Below are positions 24,690-34,156 of a stretch of DNA of 43,004 nucleotides, piece after piece. The DNA is taken from NCBI GenBank assembly GCA_046728195.1, contig JBKPEC010000001.1, positions 1 through 43,004 on the forward strand. The letters are read 5' to 3'. Under the pieces are notes generated by a model, which was not told the DNA's origin, searched no databases, and worked only from the letters and a program-made list of their open reading frames with translations. How positions within the stretch are numbered: the stretch's first letter is position 1; each line of letters opens with the position of its first letter. The DNA comes from Actinomycetota bacterium (GTDB taxonomy: Bacteria; Actinomycetota; Thermoleophilia; Gaiellales; Gaiellaceae). A program made the position numbers and the translations under genes.

Positions 24690-24812
24690 GTGCTAGACGT
24701 CCTCGGGATTCTTCTCATGCTGGTCTTCTGCGCGGTCGTGATTGCGCTGGCGGCCGGAGTCACCTGGCTCGTGGTGAGGTACTCACCGGCGAAACGCCCC
24801 AGTCAGTCCTAG
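24690..24812 (+). CDS. Possible 40-aa membrane peptide
   Basis: GTG 24690 to TAG 24810-24812 encodes VLDVLGILLMLVFCAVVIALAAGVTWLVVRYSPAKRPSQS, with one hydrophobic helix. Caveat: the hairpin GGTGAG-gta-CTCACC (24773-24787) lies inside it and could instead be the ald terminator. Confidence 0.25.
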   Translation: MLDVLGILLMLVFCAVVIALAAGVTWLVVRYSPAKRPSQS

Positions 24813-25933
24813 ACCGCCGAGAGCGGCAGGACGTCCTCGAGCGGCTGGTAGTCGAGCCCGTGGGCGTCGGCGACGGCTTCGTAGGTCACCTTCCCATCGA
24901 CCACGTTGACCCCACGCGCGAGCTCCGGATCGCGTGCAACCGCTTCGGCGAGTCCGAAGTCGGCGATCGCTTCCACGTAGGGCAGCGTCGCGTTCGTCAG
25001 CGCCTTCGTCGACGTGATCGGCACCGCGCCCGGCATGTTCGCGACGCAGTAGTGGGTGACTCCTTCGACGGTGTAGACGGGCTCGCTGTGCGTCGTGGGA
25101 CGGGAGGTCTCGGCGCAGCCGCCCTGGTCGATTGCCACGTCCGCCAGCACCGAACCGTCCTTCATACCGGCGACCATCTCGCGGGTGATCAGCTTCGGCG
25201 CGACCGCGCCGGGGATCAGGACCGCGCCGATGACGACGTCTGCGCCGCGCACCGACTCCTCGATCTGCAGGCTCGACGACATGACGAGGCTCACGCGTCC
25301 CGACAGGACCTCCTCGAGATGGCGCATGCGATCGATCGAGCGCTCCAGGATGGTGACGTTCGCGCCCAGTCCAATCGCGATCACGGCGGCGTTGTAACCG
25401 ACCATGCCGCCGCCGATGACGAGGACTCGACCCGGAGCGACTCCAGGAACACCGCCGAGCAGCAGTCCTCGGCCCCCGAGCGGCTTTTCCAGGAAGTAGG
25501 CGCCGGCCTGGGCCGCGAGCCGTCCGGCGATCTCGCTCATCGGCGCGAGGAGCGGCAGCGCGCCGGAGTCGGTCTCGACTGTCTCGTACGCGACCGCGGT
25601 TATCCCGCTGTCGAGCAGTGCGAGCGTCAGGGGCTCGTCCGCCGCGATGTGCAGGTACGTGAAGAGGACGAGCCCGTCGCGCAGCCAGCCGTACTCCGAT
25701 CGAATCGGCTCCTTCACCTTGAGCAGCAGCTCCGCCTCGGCCCAGACGTCGTCAACCGAGCCGATGCGCGCGCCGGCCGCCTCGTACGCGGCGTCGGAAA
25801 ACGCGCTCCCTTCGCCTGCACCGGTTTCGATGATGACGTCGTGACCGCGCTGCCCCAGCTCCCGTGCCCCGGCGGGCGTGAGGGCGACGCGGTACTCGTC
25901 GGCCTTGATCTCCCTGGCAACCCCGACCTTCAC
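24809..25933 (-). CDS. ald: Alanine dehydrogenase
   Basis: 374 aa with a GTG start. MKVGVAREIKADEYRVALTPAGARELGQRGHDVIIETGAG... is present along with the NAD-binding motif VIGGGMVG. It is full-length Ald-like. Confidence 0.95.
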   Translation of the reverse strand: MKVGVAREIKADEYRVALTPAGARELGQRGHDVIIETGAGEGSAFSDAAYEAAGARIGSVDDVWAEAELLLKVKEPIRSEYGWLRDGLVLFTYLHIAADEPLTLALLDSGITAVAYETVETDSGALPLLAPMSEIAGRLAAQAGAYFLEKPLGGRGLLLGGVPGVAPGRVLVIGGGMVGYNAAVIAIGLGANVTILERSIDRMRHLEEVLSGRVSLVMSSSLQIEESVRGADVVIGAVLIPGAVAPKLITREMVAGMKDGSVLADVAIDQGGCAETSRPTTHSEPVYTVEGVTHYCVANMPGAVPITSTKALTNATLPYVEAIADFGLAEAVARDPELARGVNVVDGKVTYEAVADAHGLDYQPLEDVLPLSAV

Positions 25934-26043
25934 GGCGGGTCACCCTACCTTGTGGACAGATCGACACGCCTTCGGCGCGGTGCCGAAACAGCCGCGTCGT
26001 CGTTTCAAAGGTAACGTCGACCGCGAGGGAGAGCGGGTGGCAT

Positions 26044-26064
26044 CCCCCTCCCATTGGGTGGGGG
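26044..26064 (-). terminator. C/G-run hairpin downstream of the NUDIX gene (terminator-like, no T tract)
   Basis: CCCCCTCCC-att-GGGTGGGGG forms 9 bp with one mismatch. It lies 12 nt beyond the NUDIX stop on the minus strand. Confidence 0.3.
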
Positions 26065-26075
26065 TGCGGGCCGGT

Positions 26076-26594
26076 TCAGCGGGAACCGGAGCCGCGCTTC
26101 CGGTCGAGAAGAAAGGCGGAGAGACCGACGAGTGTCTTCGCGTCCTCGATCTCGTGCAGACGCCGCGCGACGTCTGAGCTCGCCCAGCGCACGAGCTCGA
26201 GGTGCTCGTCGTCCTCAGGCCGCGGTGAGCCGGGATCGAGGTCCTCGGCGACGAAAAGATGCATCCGCTCCCGGCAGAACCCGGGCGTCGTGTAGAAGAC
26301 CGACCGCTCGCGCCAGGTGCCGCCCGTCAGGCCGGTCTCTTCCTCGAGCTCACGGCGCGCGCAGTCGAGCGGCGACTCGCCCTCCTCGAGTGTCCCCGCC
26401 GGCAACTCGAGCAGTTCCTTGCGCACCGCTTCCCGCCGCTGCCGGACGAGGGTCAGCATCTCGTCCCGGTCGATCGCGACGATTGCGACCGCGCCAGGGT
26501 GGTCGACGATCTCGCGCTCGTGCTTCCCCCAACGCTCCACAGTGACGGACATGAGCTTTCCCTCGTAGACGACACGCGCTTCGTCGGGCTTCAT
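26076..26594 (-). CDS. NUDIX hydrolase (ADP-ribose pyrophosphatase-like)
   Basis: The ORF is trimmed to ATG 26594, which overlaps the upstream stop (ATGA). The Nudix box is GTLEEGESPLDCARRELEEETGL. The position after pyrG matches the actinobacterial Rv1700-like context. Confidence 0.85.
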   Translation of the reverse strand: MKPDEARVVYEGKLMSVTVERWGKHEREIVDHPGAVAIVAIDRDEMLTLVRQRREAVRKELLELPAGTLEEGESPLDCARRELEEETGLTGGTWRERSVFYTTPGFCRERMHLFVAEDLDPGSPRPEDDEHLELVRWASSDVARRLHEIEDAKTLVGLSAFLLDRKRGSGSR

Positions 26595-27586
26595 GCGGCG
26601 GCCCGTTCCATCCGTTTGGCGGCTGCCCGACCGGCGGCAAACGCCGCTGCAAAGAAGAGCGGATCGTCGCCTGCGCCGCGGCCCATGTGCGACAGGGGAA
26701 GGTCGGCACAGGCATCCGCCCACCCGGCGACATCGATCTCTTCCCGTGCGTCGAGCCAGTCCGGCGCCCTCCAACCCGCCGGCCAGGGCACCACGATCTC
26801 ACCCAAGCAGAGCTCGAGCGCGGCGCGCGTGTGGTGCGAGACGCCCCGATGCCGTTCGCGCGGATCCGCCCCCGAGGCGCGCACGGCCACGATCGGGACA
26901 CCCCCGAGCGCCGACGCGGCATTCGCCGTGTCCGCCACGGCCACTCCCCCGTGACCGAACGACGACCCCGTACCGACGATCCCCGGCCCGATCGCGCAGA
27001 CGACCGCGTCGAATCCCTCGGTCGCAGCCCAGAGAAACGCCGACGCCACTGACACGCAGGCCACGTCGCCCTCGACGCACGCTCCCACCGCCACCGTCGT
27101 GCCGAGGTAGCCACGTTCGGCGAGGACGCGCACGGAATCCGACAGGGAGACGGGCAGAGCCCCTCCCGGGACCTGTGCGTACGCGACCCGCCGACCCGCC
27201 CCGAGCCCCGCGCACACGGGAGCGACCTGGCTGTGCAGGGCGCAGCACACGACCGGCAGCCCGCCGAGTCGCTCGGCAAGCGCGGACCTCTCCTCCGCGT
27301 GCCGCGCCGCGAGCTGGCCGGGCAGGTAGGGGAGCTTCATCACGTGCGCCCCGGGCTCGGCGGGGAGCTCGAGGCCGCGAGTCAGGTTTGCGTAGAGGAC
27401 GTCGAAGCCGCCGGAACCAAGCTCGAGCTCGCGCGCCTGGACGTTGACCAGCACCTCGTCCCCCAATGCGACCGGCCCGGTGAGCCGCGGGTAGGCGACG
27501 CACGGCGAACCGTCCACCTCGATGCGTGCAAGCCCCTCCTCGCGGGAGACGACTGCAGTGACGACGCCGCGCCTAAGCGTCAGCAT
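26591..27586 (-). CDS. Conserved hypothetical protein, probably DUF3866 family
   Basis: 331 aa. Sequence includes RRGVVTAVVSREEGLARIEVDG...VVCCALHSQ...AIGPGIVGTGSSFGHGG...RHRGVSHHTR. I recall this architecture as DUF3866, which is often next to NUDIX genes, but did not verify it. Confidence 0.6.
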   Translation of the reverse strand: MLTLRRGVVTAVVSREEGLARIEVDGSPCVAYPRLTGPVALGDEVLVNVQARELELGSGGFDVLYANLTRGLELPAEPGAHVMKLPYLPGQLAARHAEERSALAERLGGLPVVCCALHSQVAPVCAGLGAGRRVAYAQVPGGALPVSLSDSVRVLAERGYLGTTVAVGACVEGDVACVSVASAFLWAATEGFDAVVCAIGPGIVGTGSSFGHGGVAVADTANAASALGGVPIVAVRASGADPRERHRGVSHHTRAALELCLGEIVVPWPAGWRAPDWLDAREEIDVAGWADACADLPLSHMGRGAGDDPLFFAAAFAAGRAAAKRMERAAA

Positions 27587-28697
27587 CGCGCGCGACGTCC
27601 ACCAGCGCCAGCGTCACCTCGACCATCCCCTCGAGATCGTCGACCGTTATGCGCTCGTCGGGCGTGTGGATGTCCTGCATGCCGTTGGCCAGGTTGAGGC
27701 AGGCCAGCCCGCGTTCGTTGAAGACGTTTGCGTCAGCGGCGCCGCCGCTGAGTCCGTACGACGGCGTGTAGCCCGCGCGCTCGAGTGCGGCGTGCGCGAT
27801 GCGCACGACCTGGTCGTCGTGCTTGAAGCGGTAGCCCTTGTAGCTCTTCGACACCTTGGTCTCCACCTCGCAGTCCTCGATACCGGCGGCGAACGAAAAC
27901 GTGTCCAGCATCTCCTGGACGAGCGCCTCGAGCTTGCGTTCCTGGTGCGAGCGGGCCTCGGCCTCGAGGATGCACCACTCGGGAATGATGTTGCCGGCGG
28001 TGCCGCCGTGGATGGTGCCAACGTTCGCGGTCGTGTCCTCGTCGACTCGCCCGAGCCGCAGGTCGGAGATCGCACGGGCCGCGGCCGCGATCGCCGACCG
28101 TCCCTCTTCGGGATACATGCCGGAGTGCGCAGCGCGCCCGTGGAAGCGGACCTCCATCGCCCTCGAGTACGGCGCGCCGAGGATGACGTCTCCGATCGGC
28201 GCCGCCTGGTCGTAGACGTAGCCGACTCGTGCGTGCAGCCGCTCGTGGTCGAACGCCGCTGCGCCGAGCAGGCCGACCTCCTCCTTCGGCGTGAAGAGCA
28301 ACTCGATGCCAGAATGCGGTCTGTTCTCGGCGAGGACGCGTCGGGCGCCCTCGAGCATCGCGGCGACAGCGGACTTGTTGTCGGCGCCGAGGATGGTGCC
28401 TGCCGCGTTCCGGATCACGCCATCGTCGTCGATCACAGGTTCGATCTCCGCCGTCGGTGGCACGGTGTCGAGATGCGCGCAGAAGAAGATCGGCGCCCCG
28501 CCGCCGTTCGTCGGTTCGAGCCGGGAGTAGAGATTGCCGCTGTTCGAGCCGACGGTGTTGCCCGCCTGGTCCTCGTCGACCGCCAGGCCGAGGTCGTGGA
28601 GATAGCGGATCACCACGTTGGCGACGGCGCGTTCGTCACCGGGAGGGCTGGGGAGCGCGGCGAGCTCGGTGAAGAGATCGACGACCTCGGAGGGCAT
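27573..28697 (-). CDS. M20 family metallopeptidase (peptidase T / tripeptidase-like)
   Basis: 374 aa. FCAHLDTV (metal His/Asp), GADNKSAVAAML, FTPKEEVGLLGA and HGRAAHSG are typical M20 motifs. Confidence 0.85.
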   Translation of the reverse strand: MPSEVVDLFTELAALPSPPGDERAVANVVIRYLHDLGLAVDEDQAGNTVGSNSGNLYSRLEPTNGGGAPIFFCAHLDTVPPTAEIEPVIDDDGVIRNAAGTILGADNKSAVAAMLEGARRVLAENRPHSGIELLFTPKEEVGLLGAAAFDHERLHARVGYVYDQAAPIGDVILGAPYSRAMEVRFHGRAAHSGMYPEEGRSAIAAAARAISDLRLGRVDEDTTANVGTIHGGTAGNIIPEWCILEAEARSHQERKLEALVQEMLDTFSFAAGIEDCEVETKVSKSYKGYRFKHDDQVVRIAHAALERAGYTPSYGLSGGAADANVFNERGLACLNLANGMQDIHTPDERITVDDLEGMVEVTLALVDVARDADA

Positions 28698-28719
28698 CGC
28701 GCGATCTTAGTGACGGGTA

Positions 28720-30366
28720 CTACGCCGAGGCGGCTGCGAGCGCCGAGCGCTCGCGCGAACGGTTGAGCGCTGCGCCGACAAACTCGCGGAAGAGCGGGGC
28801 CGGCCGTGTCGGGCGCGACTTGAACTCGGGATGGAACTGGCTGGCGACGAACCATGGGTGATCGGGCAGCTCGACGATCTCGACGAGCCTCCCGGCCTGG
28901 AACGTCCCCGACACCACGAGGCCGGCCTCGACGAGCGCGGGTCGGTAGTGGTTGTTGACCTCGTAGCGATGGCGGTGGCGTTCGTGCACGACCGGCTCGC
29001 CGTAGGCCTCGTAGGCGCTCGTGTCCTCTTCGAGCTCGACCGCCTGTGCCCCCAGTCGCATCGTCCCACCAAGATCCTCGATCTCCTTCTGCTCGGGCAG
29101 CAGGTCGATCACGGGGTGCGGTGTCTCGGGATCCATCTCCGTCGAGTTCGCGCCATCGAGACCGAGCACGTTGCGCGAGAACTCGGAGACCGCGACGTGC
29201 ATGCCGAGACAGATGCCGAGGTACGGGATCCGCTGCTCGCGCGCGACCCGACAGGCGAGGAGCTTGCCTTCCCAGCCGCGGGAGCCGAAGCCCCCGGGCA
29301 CGAGCACGCCGTCGACCTCGTCCAGCAAGTGGGTGGCCTCCTCGAGCGACATCCCCTCGGCGTCGACCCACCGCACGTTCACCGTGCAGCCGTGATGCGC
29401 ACCCGCATGCTTGAGCGCCTCGTGCACCGAGAGATAGGCGTCCTGCAGCTTGACGTACTTTCCGACGAGCGCGATCTCGACGGCCGACTCGCTGCGCTGG
29501 ATGCGCTCGGTCAGATCGAACCATTCGCTGAGATCTGCCTGACCGGGCGGCAGGCCGAGCTTCTCGGCGACCAGTCGGTCCAGCCCTTCAGCCTTGAGCC
29601 TCGACGGCACGAGATAGACGTCGGGAACATCCGGGCTGGTCACGACCGCGTCGTGCTCGACGTCGGCGAAGAGCGCGATCTTCTCGCGGATCTCCGGAGA
29701 AAGTTCCTCGTGTGAGCGGCAAACGACGATGTCCGGGTGGATACCGATGCGGCGCAGCTCGTTCACCGAGTGTTGCGTCGGCTTCGTCTTCAGCTCGCCC
29801 GCGGCCTCGAGGAATGGCACGAGCGTGACGTGCAGGTAAAGGACGTTTTCCGGACCGACCTCGCGCCGGAACTGCCGGATCGCCTCGAGGAACGGCAACG
29901 ACTCGATGTCTCCGACCGTGCCGCCGATCTCGCTGATCACGACATCGGTCGGAGTCGACACCGCACTCGCACGGATACGCGTCTTGATCTCGTTCGTGAT
30001 GTGCGGGATCACCTGCACGGTCGCGCCCAGGAACTCGCCCTTGCGCTCCTTGCGCAGGACGGAGTCCCAGATCGCGCCGGCCGTGTGGCTGGCCGCGCGT
30101 GTCAGGTTCTCGTCGATGAAGCGCTCGTAGTGGCCGATGTCGAGATCCGTCTCTGCGCCGTCTTCCGTGACGAAGACCTCCCCGTGCTGGAACGGGCTCA
30201 TCGTCCCCGGATCGACGTTGAGATACGGGTCGAACTTCTGCGCCTGAACCTGCAAGCCGCGCGCCTTCAGCAGTCGGCCGAGCGAGCCGGCGACGATTCC
30301 CTTTCCCAGCGCGGACACGACGCCACCCGTGACGAACACGTACTTCGTCGGTCCCGTTGCGCTCAC
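28720..30366 (-). CDS. pyrG: CTP synthase
   Basis: The ORF is trimmed to GTG 30366, which overlaps the upstream stop (GTGA). It reads [24 protein letters not shown]...[18 protein letters not shown]...GICLGMH (glutaminase Cys). Confidence 0.95.
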   Translation of the reverse strand: MSATGPTKYVFVTGGVVSALGKGIVAGSLGRLLKARGLQVQAQKFDPYLNVDPGTMSPFQHGEVFVTEDGAETDLDIGHYERFIDENLTRAASHTAGAIWDSVLRKERKGEFLGATVQVIPHITNEIKTRIRASAVSTPTDVVISEIGGTVGDIESLPFLEAIRQFRREVGPENVLYLHVTLVPFLEAAGELKTKPTQHSVNELRRIGIHPDIVVCRSHEELSPEIREKIALFADVEHDAVVTSPDVPDVYLVPSRLKAEGLDRLVAEKLGLPPGQADLSEWFDLTERIQRSESAVEIALVGKYVKLQDAYLSVHEALKHAGAHHGCTVNVRWVDAEGMSLEEATHLLDEVDGVLVPGGFGSRGWEGKLLACRVAREQRIPYLGICLGMHVAVSEFSRNVLGLDGANSTEMDPETPHPVIDLLPEQKEIEDLGGTMRLGAQAVELEEDTSAYEAYGEPVVHERHRHRYEVNNHYRPALVEAGLVVSGTFQAGRLVEIVELPDHPWFVASQFHPEFKSRPTRPAPLFREFVGAALNRSRERSALAAASA

Positions 30367-31571
30367 GTGCGTCCTAGACGGTCGAGCCAGCGGACACCGG
30401 GCGTGCGCTCGATCCAGGCGCCGAGTGACGTTCGTTCTCCGAGGAAGGTGAGGCCCGCAAGGGCGCCGATCGCAACCCATCGGCCTCGTCCCGTGAATCG
30501 CTTCACGGAATTCAAGCCTAGCACGGCGCCAAGCGCGTTCGACCCGCCGTCTCCGAGCATCGCCATCTCTCGAAGATCGTAGGGAAGAAGCAGGACGGCG
30601 ACCCCGAGCGGTGCACGCAGCGGAACCGCGGCAAGCAGATACGCCTTCAGCGCGCGTCCGGGGCGTGTGTCGAGCTGGTTGAGAGCGTTCGCAGCGAGGC
30701 CGACGAGCAACGCGCCCGAGAGTTTCCGCGTCGCGACCAGTCCCACCGCAGGAATGCCGAGCAGTTTGAGGACGCCGGTCGTGCGGCCCGTCCGGACGTG
30801 CGCCAGCAACCCGCGCTCGGGCCCGCTCCAAAGGTCGTCTGCCAACCCGAGCGCGGCCACGATCGCAACAGCGGGACCATTCGTGGCGCCCACCTTCCAG
30901 CCGACGAGCGGCAGACGCAGCCCGCGGAAGTTGATCCCGAGCGGCCCGCACGCATAGAGGCTGTCGCGCAGCTGCCGCCCGCGATGGACGAACCCCCTGA
31001 ACGTCCGCCCGGTGGGCCGGTGCCGAAGAGGCAACTCGGTTTCCCGTATCCGGAGCCCGGCGCGCGCAGCGTCGATCGTCATCCGCACCTCGCACCCGAA
31101 CCCGGCGGCCACCGGAAAGCAGGCCGCGCGCGCCGCCGCGGAAAGCGCGCGCTGGCCTGAGAGCGGCTCGCGTGGCTCGAACCCGGAGTGCACAGCGATC
31201 AAGCTCCGCGCGACGAGCTTCGCCAGGCCGAAGCCGCCGCCGACCCGCTCCGCGAACGCGGCCACGTTCAGATCGACGCCTTCCTCGAGCAAAGGCGCAA
31301 GCTCGCCCGACAGGTCCGCGTCGCAGAGCAGAAGCGCGCCGGGAGGCGCCGCCCGCTCCACCGCCGAGAGCGCCTGGCCCTTCCCGCGTCGCGGCAGGCG
31401 CAGCACGACCGCGCCCGCCTCTTCGGCGACGTCGGCGGTCCGGTCCCGCGAGCCGTCGTCGGCGACGAGGACCTCTGCATCGGGAAAAGCTCGACGTAAC
31501 GCCCTGACCGTGTTGGCGATCACCGCTTCCTCGTCGCGCGCAGCGACGAGGATCGTGAGTGGCTCAACCAC
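30363..31571 (-). CDS. Fusion protein: N-terminal GT-A glycosyltransferase (GT2/GT81-like) plus a C-terminal minimal MraY/WecA-like (polyprenyl-phosphate sugar-phosphate transferase-like) membrane module
   Basis: 402 aa. The N-terminal half has ILVAARDEE...[12 protein letters not shown]...LLCDADL (DxD) and PLSGQRALS...[12 protein letters not shown] (GpgS-like). The C-terminal half has ~5-6 hydrophobic segments with LGLADDLW (DD), [13 protein letters not shown] (N-x2-N-x2-D) and [12 protein letters not shown] (GDxGS), in the same order as PNPT signature motifs. Confidence 0.7.
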   Translation of the reverse strand: MVEPLTILVAARDEEAVIANTVRALRRAFPDAEVLVADDGSRDRTADVAEEAGAVVLRLPRRGKGQALSAVERAAPPGALLLCDADLSGELAPLLEEGVDLNVAAFAERVGGGFGLAKLVARSLIAVHSGFEPREPLSGQRALSAAARAACFPVAAGFGCEVRMTIDAARAGLRIRETELPLRHRPTGRTFRGFVHRGRQLRDSLYACGPLGINFRGLRLPLVGWKVGATNGPAVAIVAALGLADDLWSGPERGLLAHVRTGRTTGVLKLLGIPAVGLVATRKLSGALLVGLAANALNQLDTRPGRALKAYLLAAVPLRAPLGVAVLLLPYDLREMAMLGDGGSNALGAVLGLNSVKRFTGRGRWVAIGALAGLTFLGERTSLGAWIERTPGVRWLDRLGRT

Positions 31572-32457
31572 TCGTGGTCGTCGTGGAGACGGGGCTCACG
31601 CTCGGCAGAGGCCCGTCCGCCGCGGTCTTCTTCACGCCGAAGTCGCCACGCGTCATCGGATCGCTCAGCAGCGTGGCGAGAGCGAGCTTGCCTGCACGTG
31701 TGTCGATGTCGTCCACGGTCGAGAGGCCCGCCTTCTGGAAGGTCTTCATCGCGGACGTAGGATCGTCGGTACCCTCGACGCCGATGGCGGGAACGCCGAC
31801 GTCGTTCAGACCGGCGTACAGCCCCTTGAGAAAGACGGCGGTCGGTCCCGTCTGCGGGGGGACCGTTCGGACGACGACGACGCCGTCGGCAGGCTTCTTC
31901 GAGCGCCCAGCCTTCTCCTCGACGATCAGGCTCTGGAGAGCGTTCAGAAGGGGCGTGTCGCCGCCGCCGGCGAATTCCTGGCCAATCGCGTGACCGAGCT
32001 GCTCGAGCTGCTTCGGACCGGAAAACGCCGCGAGAAACGGACGGTTTGCAAGCCGTCGCTGCACCTTGACCGGGTCGATCGGAACGGTCAGAGCGCGAAC
32101 CCGGATCGGGTCGCCGGCACCGGCGTCGCTGAGCGCGGACTTGACTGCACTGAGGTTGGCGTCGGTCGAGCCCACGAAGAGGACGGCGATCTTCTGCCCC
32201 TTGAGGCGGTTCGCCATCACGATCTTGTAGGCGCGTTCGACGAACGCCTTGTCGGATGCGCCGGACTGGTTGAGTGCGTCGACCTGCGTCCTGAACGCGT
32301 CCCCACGAGCCTCGGCACGGCGGATGTCCTCCTGCAGCCGGTCGCGCTCGGTGTTGCCGAGGCCGTGCGACGCGAGCGCGACACCCACCAGGATGCCGAT
32401 GACGAGCGCGAAGAAGACCGCGGCCAGCGACGCGACGTGGTAACGAAAGTCGAACAT
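31564..32457 (-). CDS. mctB: MctB/SteB-like membrane protein (DUF3186, 'copper transporter MctB' family)
   Basis: 297 aa. MFDFRYHVASLAAVFFALVIGILVG resembles the Rv1698 N-terminus. It is followed by a coiled-coil and a periplasmic domain. It sits between steA and pyrG, as in mycobacteria. Confidence 0.72.
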   Translation of the reverse strand: MFDFRYHVASLAAVFFALVIGILVGVALASHGLGNTERDRLQEDIRRAEARGDAFRTQVDALNQSGASDKAFVERAYKIVMANRLKGQKIAVLFVGSTDANLSAVKSALSDAGAGDPIRVRALTVPIDPVKVQRRLANRPFLAAFSGPKQLEQLGHAIGQEFAGGGDTPLLNALQSLIVEEKAGRSKKPADGVVVVRTVPPQTGPTAVFLKGLYAGLNDVGVPAIGVEGTDDPTSAMKTFQKAGLSTVDDIDTRAGKLALATLLSDPMTRGDFGVKKTAADGPLPSVSPVSTTTTSG

Positions 32458-32496
32458 AGGGAGGGCTAGCTAAGGCGGCGCTTGTCGACGCTTCGT

Positions 32497-32526
32497 AAAA
32501 AGAGGCGCGGGCTCCGCCCGCGCCTC
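32497..32526 (-). terminator. Canonical Rho-independent terminator after the SRPBCC gene
   Basis: The minus strand reads GAGGCGCGGGC-gga-GCCCGCGCCTC (11-bp perfect stem) followed by TTTTT. It lies 56 nt after the stop at 32582. Confidence 0.78.
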
Positions 32527-32581
32527 CGAATCACACACCTGATTGGAAGCGCTCCCTTCGTCCGATCCGCTGCACATCGTC

Positions 32582-33004
32582 TCACAGCTCGGCGGCAGTC
32601 TGGCACAAGGCGTGGAGCCGGGTCAGCGCGCGTCGTGGCAATGAGCGGCTGAACCCGAACAGCCACGGGGCCTCGACCACCAACGTGGCCACCGTCCGGT
32701 CCGGGCCCGTCTCCTCGAGTCGCAGCTCGGCGTCGATGTGGTCCCCGGTCAGGGTCCAGGCGAAGCGCTCGGGCGGCCGCACGCCGCGCACGAGCAGCTT
32801 GCCGCTCGACGTCGACCGCCGCAGGAGGGTGGGCCGGTCGCGACCGTAAACGTCCCAGCGCGCACCCTCCGCGACCCCGCGCCGGTCGGGCTGGACGCCG
32901 CCGACGCCCGGCCACCAATCGGCGAAGTGGTGGGGCTCTGCGATGAACGCCCACACCTCCTCGCGCGGCGCGAGGAGCAGGCGCGAGGCTGACACTTGCG
33001 GCAT
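32582..33004 (-). CDS. SRPBCC (START/polyketide cyclase-like) family protein
   Basis: 140 aa. SASRLLLAPREEVWAFIAEPHHFADWWPGV is a typical SRPBCC N-terminus. Confidence 0.72.
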   Translation of the reverse strand: MPQVSASRLLLAPREEVWAFIAEPHHFADWWPGVGGVQPDRRGVAEGARWDVYGRDRPTLLRRSTSSGKLLVRGVRPPERFAWTLTGDHIDAELRLEETGPDRTVATLVVEAPWLFGFSRSLPRRALTRLHALCQTAAEL

Positions 33005-33022
33005 GCGTCCCGAAGACTAGTT

Positions 33023-34156
33023 TCAGCCGATGCCGAGCAGGTCGCGCAAGCGGAGCGCGAGGTACTCGATCAGGTGACGCAGTGCCGGCGAGACCGCAAT
33101 TGCGACCGCAATCGCGCCGAGGCCTGCGAGCGTGAAGAGCACGAGTGGCCAGATCCCGACCTTGCGGGTCGCCAGTCTCGATACGCCTTTGGCGTCGATG
33201 AGGATCTCTCCCACCTTCAGCCGAGTGATGAAGGTCGACGACATCCCGGCCCGGTTTCGCTCAAGGAACTCGATCAGGTTGAAGTGCGTGCCGACCGCGA
33301 CGATCAGCTCCGAGCCCTTCTCGTAGGCGAGCAGCAGCGCGACGTCCTCGCTGATGCCCGTCGCCGGAACGATCTCGTACGGAAGCCCGAGGGTCCGCGC
33401 GCGCTCGGCGCCGGGTGCGACGCCGTCGCGGTAACCGTGGATCAGGAGCTCGGCGCCGGTGCGAAGTGCCTTGTCGGAGACCGAGTCCATGTCGCCGACG
33501 ATGACGTCGGGCTTGTAACCCTCCTCGAGGAGCGCATCCGCTCCGCCGTCGACCGCGATCAGGACCGGCTTGAAGACGCGGACGTAGGGCTTCACCATGC
33601 GCAGGTCGCGCTTGTACCCGGGCCCACGCGCAACAACAAGTGCATGGCGGTCGCGGAAGTTCGTCCGCAGCGGCGGAAAGGCGACGCCTTCGGCGAGCAG
33701 TCTCCCCTCTTCCCGTAGAAAGCGCATCGTGTTCTCCGCGAACGCCTCGAGTGCTTCGGTCACGCGTCCCCGCTGCTCGGCGAACCCTTGCTCGAGCTCG
33801 CGTTCGTCGAGCACGCGGCCGGACGCCACACAGGTCCCGTTGCGATACAGCCCCGCGCCGCGCACGGTGAGGAGCTCACCCTCGTGCACGTTCTCGAACA
33901 GGTCATCCGCGGAAACGTCGATCAGGCGGACGCCGCCGCGCACGAGCTGCAGTGGGCCCGGGTTCGGGAAACGCCCGGATTGCGACGGCGCGACGTTCAC
34001 AACCACGCGAACGCCCGACTCGAGCAGCGCCTCGGCGGAAACGCGATCAAGATCGGTGTGATCGATGATCGCGATGTCGTCCGCGGACAGCCGCTTGACG
34101 AGGTTCTTCGTTCGCCGGTCCAGCTTGGCGGGTCCGGTGAGCTCGACGAAGCTCAT
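33023..34156 (-). CDS. steA: SteA-like putative cytokinetic-ring-associated protein (thiamine pyrophosphokinase-like domain, C-terminal TM)
   Basis: 377 aa. KLDRRTKNLVKRLSADDIAIIDHTDLDRVSAEALLESGVRVVVNVAPSQSGRFPNPGP closely resembles Rv1697/SteA. It has a C-terminal TM and overlaps the recN stop (ATGA). Confidence 0.8.
   Translation of the reverse strand: MSFVELTGPAKLDRRTKNLVKRLSADDIAIIDHTDLDRVSAEALLESGVRVVVNVAPSQSGRFPNPGPLQLVRGGVRLIDVSADDLFENVHEGELLTVRGAGLYRNGTCVASGRVLDERELEQGFAEQRGRVTEALEAFAENTMRFLREEGRLLAEGVAFPPLRTNFRDRHALVVARGPGYKRDLRMVKPYVRVFKPVLIAVDGGADALLEEGYKPDVIVGDMDSVSDKALRTGAELLIHGYRDGVAPGAERARTLGLPYEIVPATGISEDVALLLAYEKGSELIVAVGTHFNLIEFLERNRAGMSSTFITRLKVGEILIDAKGVSRLATRKVGIWPLVLFTLAGLGAIAVAIAVSPALRHLIEYLALRLRDLLGIG

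Noticed and set aside
24773-24787. The hairpin GGTGAG-gta-CTCACC downstream of ald, considered as a terminator.
   Set aside because: It has only 6 bp and no T tract, and it lies inside a possible small ORF. That is too weak to call either way. It is mentioned as a caveat on that ORF.
26076-26774. Long N-terminal extensions in the ORF track. Examples are 26076..26774, 28720..31095, 21365..22765, 38495..39313, 18531..20156, 14989..15783, 10914..11468 and 16506..17282.
   Set aside because: The extensions are Arg/Pro-rich, overlap the upstream gene, and precede obvious canonical N-termini ([42 protein letters not shown] and others). Starts were trimmed to the conserved N-terminus, usually at an ATGA/GTGA junction.
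32458-32496. A possible leaderless promoter for mctB/steB between the terminator and ATG 32457 (TAGCTA about 9 nt upstream of the ATG).
   Set aside because: The spacing to any -35-like hexamer is poor (10 or ~19-20 nt). The sequence just upstream of the ATG is CCCTCCC, the complement of an SD. This is too speculative to list as a feature.
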